Source: Guillardia theta CCMP2712 (Eukaryota > Protista > Cryptophyta). From it: a stretch of 63,961 nucleotides of DNA. Numbering within the stretch: position 1 is the stretch's first letter; each line of letters begins with the position of its first letter. The notes beneath the pieces are model-generated. The model saw only the letters and a list, made by a program, of their open reading frames with translations. It was not told the origin of the DNA and did no database searches. This document shows positions 37,481 to 49,487 of the stretch, piece after piece. The position numbers and the translations under genes are program-made. Location of the stretch: the NCBI RefSeq assembly GCF_000315625.1, contig NW_005434654.1:618632-682592 (forward strand), given 5' to 3'.

Positions 37481-38215
37481 TCAAAGATCTTGCACCGTAA
37501 TCTCCCATGGGCCGGCAAGCAAGCATGAAAAGTTCTGGCTCTTTGCTGATCTGGTATGGAAGTCAAGAAAAGTACGTGTGAACATCACGTAGTGAGCGGT
37601 TACCTTAGACCATTGGTTCAAAATTGAAATCTTGCAATCATTGACGTTTTCTCCACGAAATGAGATGTTTCTATTCTTGTCAATCTGTTGTTTCTGGACT
37701 TGCAGATCATCCCGACCACTGGGGCGATCCAAGATGCTATCGTGATTCACTAGTCGTTCAGTTAGCAGTTGAGCCGTCCAGGCAGCTTCAGAGTCATCAA
37801 ATGACATTGTTGTATGCTCTGAGGAGTCAAAAGCATTATCATTCGAAACGCGATGGCACATCGTTGACTGAGTTGCCGAGTGCTGCCCCATGTTCATAAG
37901 ATGAAACCGCCGGAAGGGCCACCTTCTTATTCCGAACTTCCTGCAGGCTGATTTCATGGAAGTTACACAAATACCCTGAGAAATTTCGCATCAGCAAGGA
38001 ACTTCTATTGCAAAGCTTTCATTCACCAGACGGGAAGCAGCTTCCTTCAACGGCATGCAATAAAAATTTTCTAAAGTTTTTGCAGTAATCACAACAGGCG
38101 AAGAATCTGATCGCATTGATTCTCCAGCCTTCCGCCGTGGAATGATAACGTTGTTGTTCGATTTAGAATAAGTTGGTTGCAGGTCTCGTGCTGATTTGCG
38201 CAGACTATGTCTCAT
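37481..38215 (-). CDS. RWP-RK transcription factor
   Basis: ITAKTLENFYCMPLKEAASRL|GICVTSMKSACRKFGIRRWPFRR through intron 38026-37976. Confidence 0.9.
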
Positions 38216-39336
38216 TGTCAGAGCGCCGAAACCTGTGATTAGCACACTGTCAAACAAAGCAAAGCTAATCTTTAATGCCAACATCAAGATAGTTGCGGGC
38301 CATTTCAAGGTAACAAGCAACTTCTGCTCGCATATTCTGACGACAACAGATGCCTATCTATGCAATTTCTCATAAAAACGATAAGGTTTTCTGGGAAGCT
38401 AGCTATATCTTCATAACTTTTGGTGCTGAAATGCTCAACTATCATAAAAGAGCGTTTGCAGACATCTAACACAATGCTTGTCGCCATCATGCTCATCGCT
38501 CCATAAACATTTCATGGAAGCTTATTCGGTCCGAAAGGTTTGTTTTAGGTTCAACAAATCAACAAGCAGGACTCGGTCTGGTCTCGATCATTCTATCTTA
38601 AGTTCGCTTTTCCCGATGCTTTTCTCAGCAAACTGATTTGTCCTATCTTTCTTATCTTATCGTGCCCTATGCACCATCGTCTGTATCGCGCTGTCACGTT
38701 CTCATTCGGCTCTCACTTTACCTCATGCCTATCTTCCCAAAGTATCTGCCTGCCTGCTGGCTGCCTGCCTTTACTTTTCTGGTCTGCCGAACCATTTTCG
38801 CACTTGAGTACGCCCGTACGACTGATAGAGCAGGACACTTCCCAGTTGTCTTTTTTCAGTGTGTCCTATAGTCAATAAGACCTATCAACTTCACCTCTAT
38901 AATACATATACGCATCCTTATAGTCAAATTATCTCCGACCCCTTCGTCCTTGTAGTCACATGAAGCCCCTATAGTCATCATTGCACCCTTGTAGTCAATC
39001 TCCTACCCGTCCTCATGTCCCTCTCGTCGATTTAACAGACAGCACCTTCCATTCGATACGACCTCTCCTCACCCCCACCCCCCCTTTCTCCCCATCTATT
39101 CCACCCCATCTTACTATATCAGGCTGACCCACCCCTTGAGGGCCATGACAATGCGGCCTGCGAGTGCGCCGGAGTGGCAGCTGAATCAGACCCACCCCTA
39201 TCTATTTCGGGGCAGACCACGGGTAGGCTGGTGATATTCGGAGGCCCGAGGTGTGACCCGTCTCGCAGGGCTACACCGGCTCGCGCCTGTTGGGGCCCGT
39301 GACCACTGGAACGCTTGCGGCAGTGCCGAGGTCTCC

Positions 39337-39691
39337 TTACTCAAAGTTAATCTCATCAGTGACTTGAATCAGATCCGGACAGGTCAGTCCTGGTCCGTCA
39401 CCGGCACTGATCCGGACGGTCCGGACCCGGAGTCCGATCGGACCATACCGTACGGCCCCGGCGGCCGCCCCGGCGGCCGACGATCGGACTGACCGGGCCC
39501 GTGACTCACTGCCCGGCCGCGGGAGTCAGCGCCGGGACTCGGAGCCACGCCAGTCCGGCGACTCCGCGCGGGCGCCCGGTGTGCTCGGCCCGGACACTCG
39601 AGCCGGGCCGCCGCCCGGCCGCACAGCCTTGATGATGGGTCGGGCCCTTTACTCAAAGTTAAGTTAAAGATCAGTACGAGGACAATCAGGA
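39337..39691. repeat. GC-rich island bracketed by 14-bp direct repeats and followed by dispersed motif copy 2
   Basis: TTACTCAAAGTTAA at 39337-39350 and 39649-39662; ATCAGTACGAGGACAATCAGGA at 39670-39691. Confidence 0.7.
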
Positions 39692-40356
39692 CTTCCGACT
39701 GGGCCTTGAAACTACCAGGCTACGGGCGCTACTAAGACAGCTGGTCATAGGAAATTTCAATTATCATAACCGGGGACTACGGCTGTGGCTCATGATCTCA
39801 CTAGGACCTCTCTAGGACCCCTAGGTAGCATAGGATCCCGGATAATCCCTGCAGGTCCCACCCCATGGACTGAATTTGTACCAGGAAGGGATGTGGTACT
39901 GGATACATAGCCAATCTGTACATATCTACCTAATTATTTACCTGTTGCTGTAACAAGAGGGTACAAGAAGATGTTTTTGAGTAAACTTTTATATTCAAAT
40001 TTATTGGTACCTGAGCTCTCATTTTGTACTGGTTTATATTCTCTGGTACTAGATTCCCCTGCATTTAGTCCCCCAGTTCCCTGCAGCCCTCTCAGCACTC
40101 GTTGCCGCTCTCCTCGTCGGTATGCTTCCTCCTCCCTTCCTCCTCCCCTCGGCCCCTCCTCTCCTCTGCCGTCCCTTGACAAGAGATTATCCCTCATCAC
40201 TGCCCCTGCTTCCAACCAGACCTGCACGCTCTTTGTCCATACCCTCGCTCGTCCTGCACCCATGGGTCTTGCTCTTGAGTTGATGGTCAATGACTTGGCT
40301 CGTTCCTTTGGGTTGGGGTTGAGAGATGATTCATGGATTTGTGTAGACTCAAGAAG

Positions 40357-41353
40357 ATGGAAAGAAGATCTCGCTCAAGGTCCAAGAGCCCCCCAAGGCG
40401 CAGGGACGACCGTGGTTCGTACAAATCTGGAGACCGTCCAGCTGGAGCAGACGGCGGCACCAAGTTGTACGTCGGAAATCTTTCTTTCGACACGAGGGGA
40501 GAAGATCTCATGCAGTACTTCAGTCAGGTAAGCTCCAACCTTGCTCAACTGTCATTCTTCCTAAACGACTTGCTGCAGTTTGGCAAAGTTGACGACACCA
40601 CCGTGATTATGGACCGCGATGATCCTGGTTCGATGATCCGAAATTTTGAGCCCGCTTTGTTTGTACATCAGAGATGATTTCATGGGAAGGCCAAGTTTTC
40701 CGTTTGAGATTGATTGGCGCCTAGCACGAGATTGTTGAAAAGCATGAGAGCCTCCCCTGCGATCGAGCATTTCCTCTGATACGATGTTGTCGAAGGGAGC
40801 TTGCGACCGAGAGTTCTGCCGTCTTTCTTCTGTTCTTGCCTCTCTCCTTTCTCGATTTTTCTTTTTGGCCATGTGCGTGGGATGTATCAGAGAGATTGAT
40901 CTAGAGATTCTGAATGCTTGCCTGTTGTATCCTGGTTCGTTCTTGTCTTGAGCGTTGCTGGATCTGCCTTCAGGAAGGAGTCGTGGCTTTGGCTTTGTCA
41001 CCTACTCTACGATCGCTGATGCTGAGTATGCTATCTCCAAAACCGACAATGTTGAGTGGATGGGAAGAAACATCCGCGTGAACATGTCAAGGCCACGTGG
41101 AGATGGTCCGAGAGGCGGTGGCGGTGGCGGTGGAATGCGCTCAGGCGGCTTCCGTGGTGACGGACGTCGAGGAGGAGGCGATCGGTGAGACTCAAATATT
41201 TTGTTTTACAAGACCGCTGATTCTTTTTTACAGTTACGGAGACGGAGGCAGGAGGTAATCTTGTTTTATTCCTTCCTCTGAGGGTTTGCACGGTCTGCGA
41301 TTGACATATATGGTGTTTTCAGGTATGGCCATGACGATCGCGACAGATACTAA
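40357..41353 (+). CDS. Single-RRM RNA-binding protein with RS N-terminus and Gly/Arg-rich tail
   Basis: MERRSRSRSKSP, RNP2 KLYVGNL, RNP1 RGFGFVTY and an RGG tail. Five exons end YGHDDRDRY-TAA. Confidence 0.9.
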
Positions 41354-41399
41354 ACATTCTCGCGGTCTTAAAGTTTTTGCCAAGAGTGTAGTTTGAGCT

Positions 41400-42790
41400 T
41401 GGAGGTCACAAGGGTGAATCTCCATTTTGTGCCTCGATTCATTTGTTCGAAATTTTTGTTTAATTTCATCATTGCACAACTGAAATTTATATGGGAGTGT
41501 TTTGAATTCTCGCTCTACATTCATCTCACTATAATACAAGCACAAGATGTTGTCACGCATCTTTCATCATAAGGCTCTCCAAGTTATGGTCAAGGACTGT
41601 CACTCTGGTATGCATTCAGCGTTTGTGATGCATGGAGGAATTCTAAATCTTGTTACCTCGAATGGTTCGCAAGGACCACCTCTGCTTCGACTGACGCAGT
41701 ACCAAGTCTCCTCCCGTCCGAAGTCTACATGACCATGAGGGCCAATGTCCCTTGAGGAAGCATTATGATACATACCACATTCCGATTGTACGCCTTGTGT
41801 TTCCGCCTCAATCCTAGATGCCTAGCCCACTCGAGCATTCTTTTCATCAGCCCAGGTCTATTGATGTTTGAATGAAACTCTCCTTTGAAACTGAAAATCA
41901 TCAGATGATACTTTCATGGCACCGCACAATATTTGATTCCTTACTCTCCAAGAGTTGACGTATCGTCACTCACTCCTGAAGGGTGGTGCTTGGCTGCTTC
42001 AATGTTGGTAGTCGGTAACGACAAAGAACAAGAAGAAAAAACCTTCTTGAGCGTTTGAGAGCCTGATCTCTTTCCTTATTCGTCCTCTTTCAGTCTCTTT
42101 GTGTACATCAAATCTCCTCCTTATCTCCATCTCTTGAAGCCTAGCACAATCGTCATTCAATCTGATCAGAAAAGATCGTAGAAGTGGAGGAGTCTTACAT
42201 TCGCATCACGGCTTCTTGTTCCTCCAGCCAGGCAACTTCGTCTGGCGCGTCCTTTGAGAGATGATTTCGACTGAGTCCCGGCAAACTAGCATCACGTTGA
42301 GCGACCCCCTTCAAGGCGCTTGTTTGGGTGAGCGATGTTGGGGGTGTTGGAGAGCACATGGTGTCTGCCAGCGATGCTAAATCATCGCCAATCAGGACCT
42401 CAGTCATGTCCGCCAGCGCGATCGGGCCCGGCGAGAACAAAGCTCGACTGAGGTCTTTATCCATTTTCAGATGTCAATGGGGATGACTACACATCAGTTC
42501 ATCCCAAGGTCTCTTGTCATCTCAATGCGCATGACCGAAGTCCTGCGCGGAGTGGGTGGGCGTTGAAGTTTTCCGAGTTTGAACCCCAGGGGGTCCCTGC
42601 AATAAGGTATCAGAGCAACGACAAGCACGTTGTTCGTGAGGAATTTCTGCATCATCTTCAAGAAACGCAAGTACAAGCTGAGAGTTTAGATCACGTTCAG
42701 GGACGGTGATATTTTGGCTCCTTCTGCCATCACTCTATCTCTCTCTCAGGCAGCTTGTATGCTATCTCAAGCTCAAGTATTGGTACATGG
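41400..42790 (-). CDS. Hypothetical multi-exon protein (boundaries approximate)
   Basis: Open minus-strand segments (FKLGKLQRPPTPRR; MDKDLSRALFSPGP..; RLQEMEIRRRFDVHKETERGRIRKE) flanked by plausible splice sites. No recognisable domain. Confidence 0.4.
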
Positions 42791-43442
42791 CGGCCCACGG
42801 CAAAATCCGACTCTCCATTTACGCCGGGCTATAACGGGGTGAAATGAAGCTCAGACTCATAGCTTGCCATGTTCTTGATCTCGAATCATCACCAACATCT
42901 CAACTAAATCTTCATCCTCCTCACCCTCATCCCTGGCATCCTGAGCCAGCAGTTCTCGTTCACCCCTTGCAGACTTCATTGTCGCAGCCGCACTCAGGCT
43001 CAGGGTCAAACATGTTGGCCTTTGCTTCGACTACCCACCCCACCCCTTCTAGCGCTCTCTACCTAAAAACAGTGCAACTCTGTTCACTGCACCGGTCCAC
43101 GAACTACCCCTACCCCCATCTACCCTCCAAACTTGAAACTAACTAACTCGAACTTCAAGGCCTCAAATCCTCCCTACCCCCCGGAACTTCAGAACCCTCC
43201 GATGGGACCCCTACCCCTCATTTTCCTGTTCGTCGGAACTAGGGGTCGTACGGCTTTTTGACAACTCCGAGGGGCTCCCGAGCCCTTCCTGGGGGTGGGG
43301 TGGGGGTGGTGACCTCGAGGGAAGTCAAGTGAGTAATAAATTTACTCATCAAAGATTCTGAGGCGAGCTTGCCCAATGAGTCTCCAAAGAAATGTGACCG
43401 CAAGCGCTTGAGTTGAAGGAGTCAAGGGGAGCGAAGGAGAGC

Positions 43443-46400
43443 ATGGGAGAGGAGAAGGAAAACATGGGAGAGGAGAAGGAGAGCATGGATCACTCACATG
43501 AGAGCATGGATGAGGGGCAGGAGATGATGGATCAGTCGAAGGTGGGCGTGGAGGAGGGGGAGGAGGGGAAGGACAGCAAGGAAGGGGGCAAGAAGAGCAT
43601 GGAAGAAGGGAAGGAGAGCATGGATCACTCACATGAGATCATGGATCACTCACATGAGAGCATGGATCACTCACATGAGAGCATGGATCACTCACCGGAG
43701 GGCAAGGAGGGGAAGGGGAGCATGGAAGAGATCACAGAGGAGGGGAAGGATAGCAAGGAGGAGGGAAAGGGGATGACGCAGGAGGGGAAGGACAGCAAGG
43801 ATTACGGGGGGGACAGCATGGAGGGCGCACAAGAGGGCAAGGAGGAGGGGAAGGAAATGACGGACAAGGCGAGGGAGAGCGTGAAGCAGGGAAATCAAGT
43901 CTTGGAGGAAGGGCAGGAGGGTGAGGAGGACGGACAGATGGGCATGGCGGACAAGCGGGGGAAGAAAGAAAGCACGGAAGCGATAATGGAGGCGGCACAT
44001 GAGGGTATGAAGAGCACGATGGGGGTGAAGGAGGAGGAGCGCGAGGGCATGGAAGAGGCGAAGACAAGCTTCAAGGTAAAAAACATCTCAGACGGGGATG
44101 AATGCCTGGCGGGAGAAGATTTCGCGATCGATATGGATCTACATGAAGGGTTATCAACAACGCAGAACCAGTTCCTGGAGCTGTCCGGGTTGGAGGAGGA
44201 GCACGACAGATTCAGCTGCGACGATGAGAGCCATCGCAGCCCTGAGCGAACGTCCGAGGGCGATGCTGACCCCTTGCACCTGAACGAACCCTTGCCAGCC
44301 CCGACATCATGGACAGGAGGGCCAGCGCACATGATCTGTTCCCTGTCCCTCTGGACAGCCAAGTGCCGTCGTTGACCATGGCCGAGGAGCAACCGGCTCT
44401 TGATCCCAGGGATCTTCCTGACTCGGCGTACCACCAAGGTGATCCTTAGTTCGAGGTTTGAACGAGGACTGATACTCCATTGTTGTGCTAGAGCACCAGA
44501 GGTCCCTCGACGTTCTTGAGATCACGCTGTCCGAACATTCTGACGGGGAGCAGGAGGAGCAGGAGCATGAGCCACTGAGCAAGACTGTTGGTAGAATCAA
44601 GAGAAGGAAGACAGAAAGCCTTGCAAGCAATCGAATGCCAAGGAGTAACGTAGATAAAGGGGTAGAAGAAGACGCGGGGACGAGCGTGCTGAAACCCTCG
44701 AGAACGTACAAGAAAGCTGCTGCTCGTGGTACGAAGGTGAAGAAGACGCATAAAGAGGAGGAGGAGGATGAAAGCGAAGAAGCCACGAGGTTGATGATTG
44801 TGAAGGCGGAACTGAACGAGTTGAAAGATCCCTCAAGGGAGCTCGTGTCTCTCGAACTCTCCGAGGTCGAGCTCATGCACATGCTCTACCCTCGCAGTAG
44901 CTGTGGGTGGAACATCTCAGGGAGAGAAGAGGAGGCTGGTGACGTGGGTGAAGAAGAGAACAGGAGCGCCAGCGGCAGTCACGCTCAGACTTGCCGTCTC
45001 TCCTCACTTGGCCAGGACGACGCTCTGTGTAACAAGCTGTTGGAGACGGCGAAACAGCATGTGGCCGATCTCGATCTCAAAAAGTGCAACATCAGCTACA
45101 AGTGATTGTTCTTGTTGATCCTTTCTCGAGCTCATTGTCTGCCCTCAATCTTTACAGGTGGGATGAAAATTGTATATATATGGGAGTGCTTGGGGGGAAG
45201 AACAACTCGCAGAAGTACTTGAGCAGCGATCAGGCCTGGTACCATGTGACGTGGGATGATGGAAGCAAAGCTCAGGTCGTCCTCGTCGACTTGACCGGCA
45301 GAGCCTCTGAGCCTCTTGCAGGTTCTCTTGGAGACCCACCTGTGCAACGTGGCGCTCAAGGAGCATCATCGCTCGATCCTGAGGTGAGCCTTGTCAGCAT
45401 GCCTGTGGGGTGACAAAGAGCAGGGACAAGGAGCCCAAGAGTTGGTGCCTCGACCCTCCCTCAGTTGTGCAGCGATTCTTCACGCTGGTGCTGCAAGAGA
45501 CGTCGGAGAAGTCTCCCGTCCCTCGGGGAAACGCCTTCCAGGCCTACGAGGGTTTCAACTCGCTTGCAAGTGAGAGATGAAGATGTTGAAGGAGGGAATG
45601 GGGGGAGCTGACGGTGCGGCAGATGATGCGGCAGGGGAGAGGCTCAAGGGAAGAAAGCAGAAGCAGCTTAACGACAAGGACGCGACTGAGGCTCTGGTGC
45701 TTCCGGCAGTCAAGCAGGAAGGTGGACAGGATGGTGACGCGGGGGCGCTAGTACCAGGTACCTTCAGCTGTAGATGTCAACAAGCTCATTCCTCTCAGTC
45801 TCTCAACCTCCCGCACCCCCGGCATGTCGATCCGAAGGCATCAGCGGTGGGATGGAGCAAGCTTTGCAAGTGACGGGGAGTTCACCAGATGGCCTGACCG
45901 AGGGAGGAGGGGAGAGTGAGTCCTGTGCCCTGCCGTCCCGTTCAAGTGAGCTCAAGGAGAAGCAGGAGGGAGTGGAGAAGACGCCGCGGGAGAGGACGAA
46001 GTGATGCTCGGGGAATTCTTAAGCTTAAGCAGCGAGCAGTGGGAGGAGCCCCGAAAGCGAAAGAAGCACTGCGAGATCTGCAGGTCGAAAGAAGCACCGC
46101 TGGAGGTTTGCCGATGTGGTAGGAGGAAGAGAGGATACTCGTGCGATGCTCACGCTTCTGCTGCTGTCAGGGCTGACTGTCCATCTCAATTGCTACCTCG
46201 GGGATTTCCTGGACAAGGAGGCGAGCATCCGAGCAGTCGCGCAAGTAGGATTCAAGTGCGACCCATGTTGCTACGACATCGAACAGGAAAATCGATCTTG
46301 TGCCCTCTGCCCTCAGGTGGATCAAACGCTTGCTCCCTCGCTCCCCTCACCCCGCTATGCTCTCCTCTCCTCTACCCCTCTCCTCTCTTCCCCGCTCTGT

Positions 46401-47128
46401 CTCTCTTCGTCTCACTCTTGTCAGGGTAAGCTCGGAGCTCTTCGTCCAACTTCGGACGGGCGATGGGCGCACATCACTTGTGCTCGCTTCCTCCCCGAGC
46501 TGAAAATCGGGCGCGACGAGATATCTGGGCTGGACCAGGTGACACGAGGAACTGCTCTTCGCGCCTCATCTTCTCCCTCAGCTGGATCGGTCGCGCTGGA
46601 GTCACGTCTGCTACCTCTGCGGCACCAAGTCGGGGTGGTGCTTGACATGCCAGGAGGAGACGTGCTTGAACCCCTTCCACGCGGGATGTGCGTTGAGGTC
46701 AACCAGGTGCTGCTCTGCCTCCTGCACGGCTCACGGGCTGCAGGTTGACCAAGAGATCTTTGAGCGCCGTCATGCCCTGGGATGCTGCTGGAGGGAAGGT
46801 GAGCTGCTCTACATTCCTCTGCTCGCGTGACGGATCTTCGCAAGATCTCGTGTGGAGGTCACCCCCGGAAAAAGTGACAGGGAGCTGGCGCCGGCTGTTC
46901 CGTAGCGAGAGAAGAGCTAGTGAAACGAGCTTGATCAACACGTACGCTGCTTGTCTGCCCTCCCTCTCCCTCCCTCTCCCTCCCTCTCTCTCCCTCTCCC
47001 CCAGGTCGTATCAGGGGCTTCATTCGCTTCTATCTCAGTCTACACCTGGGTCAGAATCAAGAGCGGCTTCAAGTCATCGCTTCTTGTCGTCATCCCGACT
47101 GGCTCGCGTTGGTGATCGGCTGCCCTGA
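43443..47128 (+). CDS. Chromatin reader with PHD-Zn knuckle-ePHD (PZP; BRPF/JADE/AF10-like) module, a Tudor-like segment and an acidic low-complexity N-terminus
   Basis: CEICRSK..VCRC|GLTVHLNCY..FKCDPC..CALCPQ|GKLGALRPTSDGRWAHITCARFLPE..CYLCGTKSGWCLTCQEETCLNPFHAGCA, and WYHVTWDDGS. The 5' ORF is linked through introns 44363-44409 and 44439-44491. The 3' end is approximate. Confidence 0.75.
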
Positions 47129-47479
47129 GTCGTCCAGGCCCGCGACCAAGGAGGAGGCGCCAGGGAAGGGCTTGGGAGCATCGACCTCGAAGGACCAGAC
47201 GTCTCCGGGGTTGGTGCTGCCTGTGTAGGTTTCAACCTTGTCCTCAGGCTTCGTCATGTTGTAAGGGATGAAGAAGTTAAGGTCCGCCAGCTGCCTCATG
47301 TCAGCTCGCAGCGAGAGGGTCAGGCAGTTTATACCATCTGCTGGTGATTTACTTCTCGACGCCTCACTCGGTATTTGTGGTAGCCGAAGATCTCCTTGAA
47401 CATCTGAGAAAACTTCAATCATGTTTCGCAACCCCTCTCCAATCCTCCTGTTGCCAAGGCAAGACAAGCATATCTTCAC
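47090..47479 (-). CDS. Small hypothetical protein
   Basis: 129-aa ORF with a complex-looking core (FFIPYNMTKPEDKVETYTGSTNPGDVWSFEVDAPKPFPG). Start uncertain. Confidence 0.4.
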   Translation of the reverse strand: MKICLSCLGNRRIGEGLRNMIEVFSDVQGDLRLPQIPSEASRSKSPADGINCLTLSLRADMRQLADLNFFIPYNMTKPEDKVETYTGSTNPGDVWSFEVDAPKPFPGASSLVAGLDDSGQPITNASQSG

Positions 47480-47833
47480 ATTTGTCTTTCACTTTCATGA
47501 TTGATTTTTCGCCCTCTTCTCCTTTCTGTGCCTGCCCTGAGTTACCTGTAGTGCTTGTCTCTTTCCTCGACCTCCAGCACGTTTAACTCTCCCTCCCATT
47601 CCAAAGGCTACTCTTTCCTTCCCTTGCACTCCTTCGTGTGTCCCCAACCACCCTCCTGTCCCCTCCCTCCCCTCGTTCCCTACAACTGTACCCTCTCCCC
47701 ACCATCCCCTTCATCCCTCATACTCTACCTCACGACCACCCTCCCCACCTCCGCAGCTCCCTTCCACTTCCGCCGCAACCAACACAACCACCACCACAAC
47801 CTCCTCCTCCTCCTCATTTCTATTTTTCTATTT

Positions 47834-47881
47834 CATCACCATCACCATCATCACCATCATCATCATCATCACCATCATCAT

Positions 47882-47931
<50 letters not shown>

Positions 47932-47954
47932 CCACCACCACCACCACCACCACC

Positions 47955-47988
<34 letters not shown>

Positions 47989-48003
47989 TACTGCTGCTGC
48001 TGC
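47834..48003. repeat. Compound (CAT/CAC)n microsatellite followed by (CTG)n
   Basis: Read directly from the sequence. Confidence 0.95.
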
Positions 48004-48507
48004 TACTTCTACAACTGCTCTCCTCATCCTCCTCAGCCATGTGCCATTCGCCAAAAGTAACACCGGAAGTTGAAATCCCACCCTTCCATCCAAATGAAGT
48101 ACCCCTACCCCCAATTTCAATAATAATATACACATATACCCTCATTTTGTATAACAAAAATACCCGTCATCACATCACCCCTACCCACCAATCAAGGTCC
48201 CTACCCTTCATGAACGACGATCATAACCTATTTCCGCTAGTCTTCACATTCACCCCTAGTTGTTTCTGTGTACCCCTACCTTCCCCCTAACCTTAATGGA
48301 AATATACCGGTACTTTAACTACTACCCCCTCCCCCTGTATCCCCAAGACTCCTTGATTTCCGACCTGAGCTGCGGGGTTTAGATTGGATTAGTTATGAAC
48401 CAAACCAATATTTTGGGGTAGGGTCCATTCGAGGTGATCAGGGGGGGTACATGTATCAAAACGAGGAGTCATGGAGGCATCGTCAGCGCTGATACAGAGG
48501 TGAAGCG

Positions 48508-48642
48508 AGGAGGAGGAGGAGGAGGAGGACCAGGAAGGAGGAGGAGGACCAGGAAGGAGGAGGAGGAGGACCAGGAAGGAGGAGGAGGACCAGGAAGGAG
48601 GAGGAGGACCAGGAAGGAGGAGGAGGAGGAGGACCAGGAAGG
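48508..48642. repeat. (GGA)n-CCAGGAA minisatellite
   Basis: About 6 units of GGAGGAGGAGGACCAGGAA with variable GGA count. Confidence 0.9.
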
Positions 48643-48884
48643 AGTGAATGGGGAAGGAGGAGAAAGCTGAAGACAGGTGGAACGCAAGAGGAGAGGGGTG
48701 GTCTGCTTGCCTTGAGGTCTGGTATCAGAGTGAGGAGAAGGGAGCAGACAAGCATAAGACACCAGTTGAAGGCAAGAGAACCAGACGATTGGCGTGTGCA
48801 AGGAGATGACGTTGAGATTGTATTTGCTGTTGAGGATCTCAGTTGATATCCTCGTGAAACGAGAAACCCTGCCAAGTCATAGTG

Positions 48885-49487
48885 ATGCTTGCCATGCCTG
48901 GCAGGAGTCGCCCTCGTCATGGTAAGTTCACAGCCGCCTTGCTCGGAGCATCCATCTGTCTCAATGCAATCCTTGCATTGTACTGCATTAACTTGCGCTT
49001 CATGGAGCCCCTAGCGTACGATCGCGGACAAGAGCTTGCTATGTTACAAAGGAAAGACCAGCAGCTGCTGGCCCAGCGAGCGGCGCTAGAGAAGACAACC
49101 AAGAGCCTGATAGAACAGAAGAATCAGCTGCTGCAACACTACAAGGAGACCGAGCACGTGGGCAAGAAACTACAAGCGTACAAGGATAAACTGAAGAAAG
49201 ACGCGGAGGAAGTGAAGAACGCCGAGGAGGCGGCAGAGATTTTGATGCAGCGACTGGCAAAGGCGCAGGGTGACACAGTTGCAGCGCAGTCAAAGCTGAA
49301 GGCGGAGAAGCAGAAGCTTGAGTCGGCAAAGAAGGAGCTGGGGAAGGTGGAGGAGCAGGAGAAGCAGCTCAAGCGATCGCAGAAGACGGACAGGCTTGTG
49401 CGAGCTCTTGAGTCAGACGGCAACAACCTGAGCTCCGAGGAGAGAGCTGAGCTTTGTCATGATTGTACATGTGTAAGATATTGCTAA
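48885..49487 (+). CDS. Type II membrane-anchored coiled-coil protein (~200 aa, intronless)
   Basis: Basic N-terminus, hydrophobic FTAALLGASICLNAILALYCI, long K/E/Q heptads and a Cys-rich end CHDCTCVRYC. Confidence 0.7.
   Translation: MLAMPGRSRPRHGKFTAALLGASICLNAILALYCINLRFMEPLAYDRGQELAMLQRKDQQLLAQRAALEKTTKSLIEQKNQLLQHYKETEHVGKKLQAYKDKLKKDAEEVKNAEEAAEILMQRLAKAQGDTVAAQSKLKAEKQKLESAKKELGKVEEQEKQLKRSQKTDRLVRALESDGNNLSSEERAELCHDCTCVRYC

Noticed and set aside
38865-38997. CRISPR-like repeat-spacer array
   Set aside because: Repeats are only 10 bp, degenerate and irregularly spaced. The context is eukaryotic with no cas genes.
47555-48157. Poly-His, poly-Ser/Pro and poly-Met/Val ORFs
   Set aside because: These are products of a CAT/CAC microsatellite that is open in several frames, with no other coding signal.
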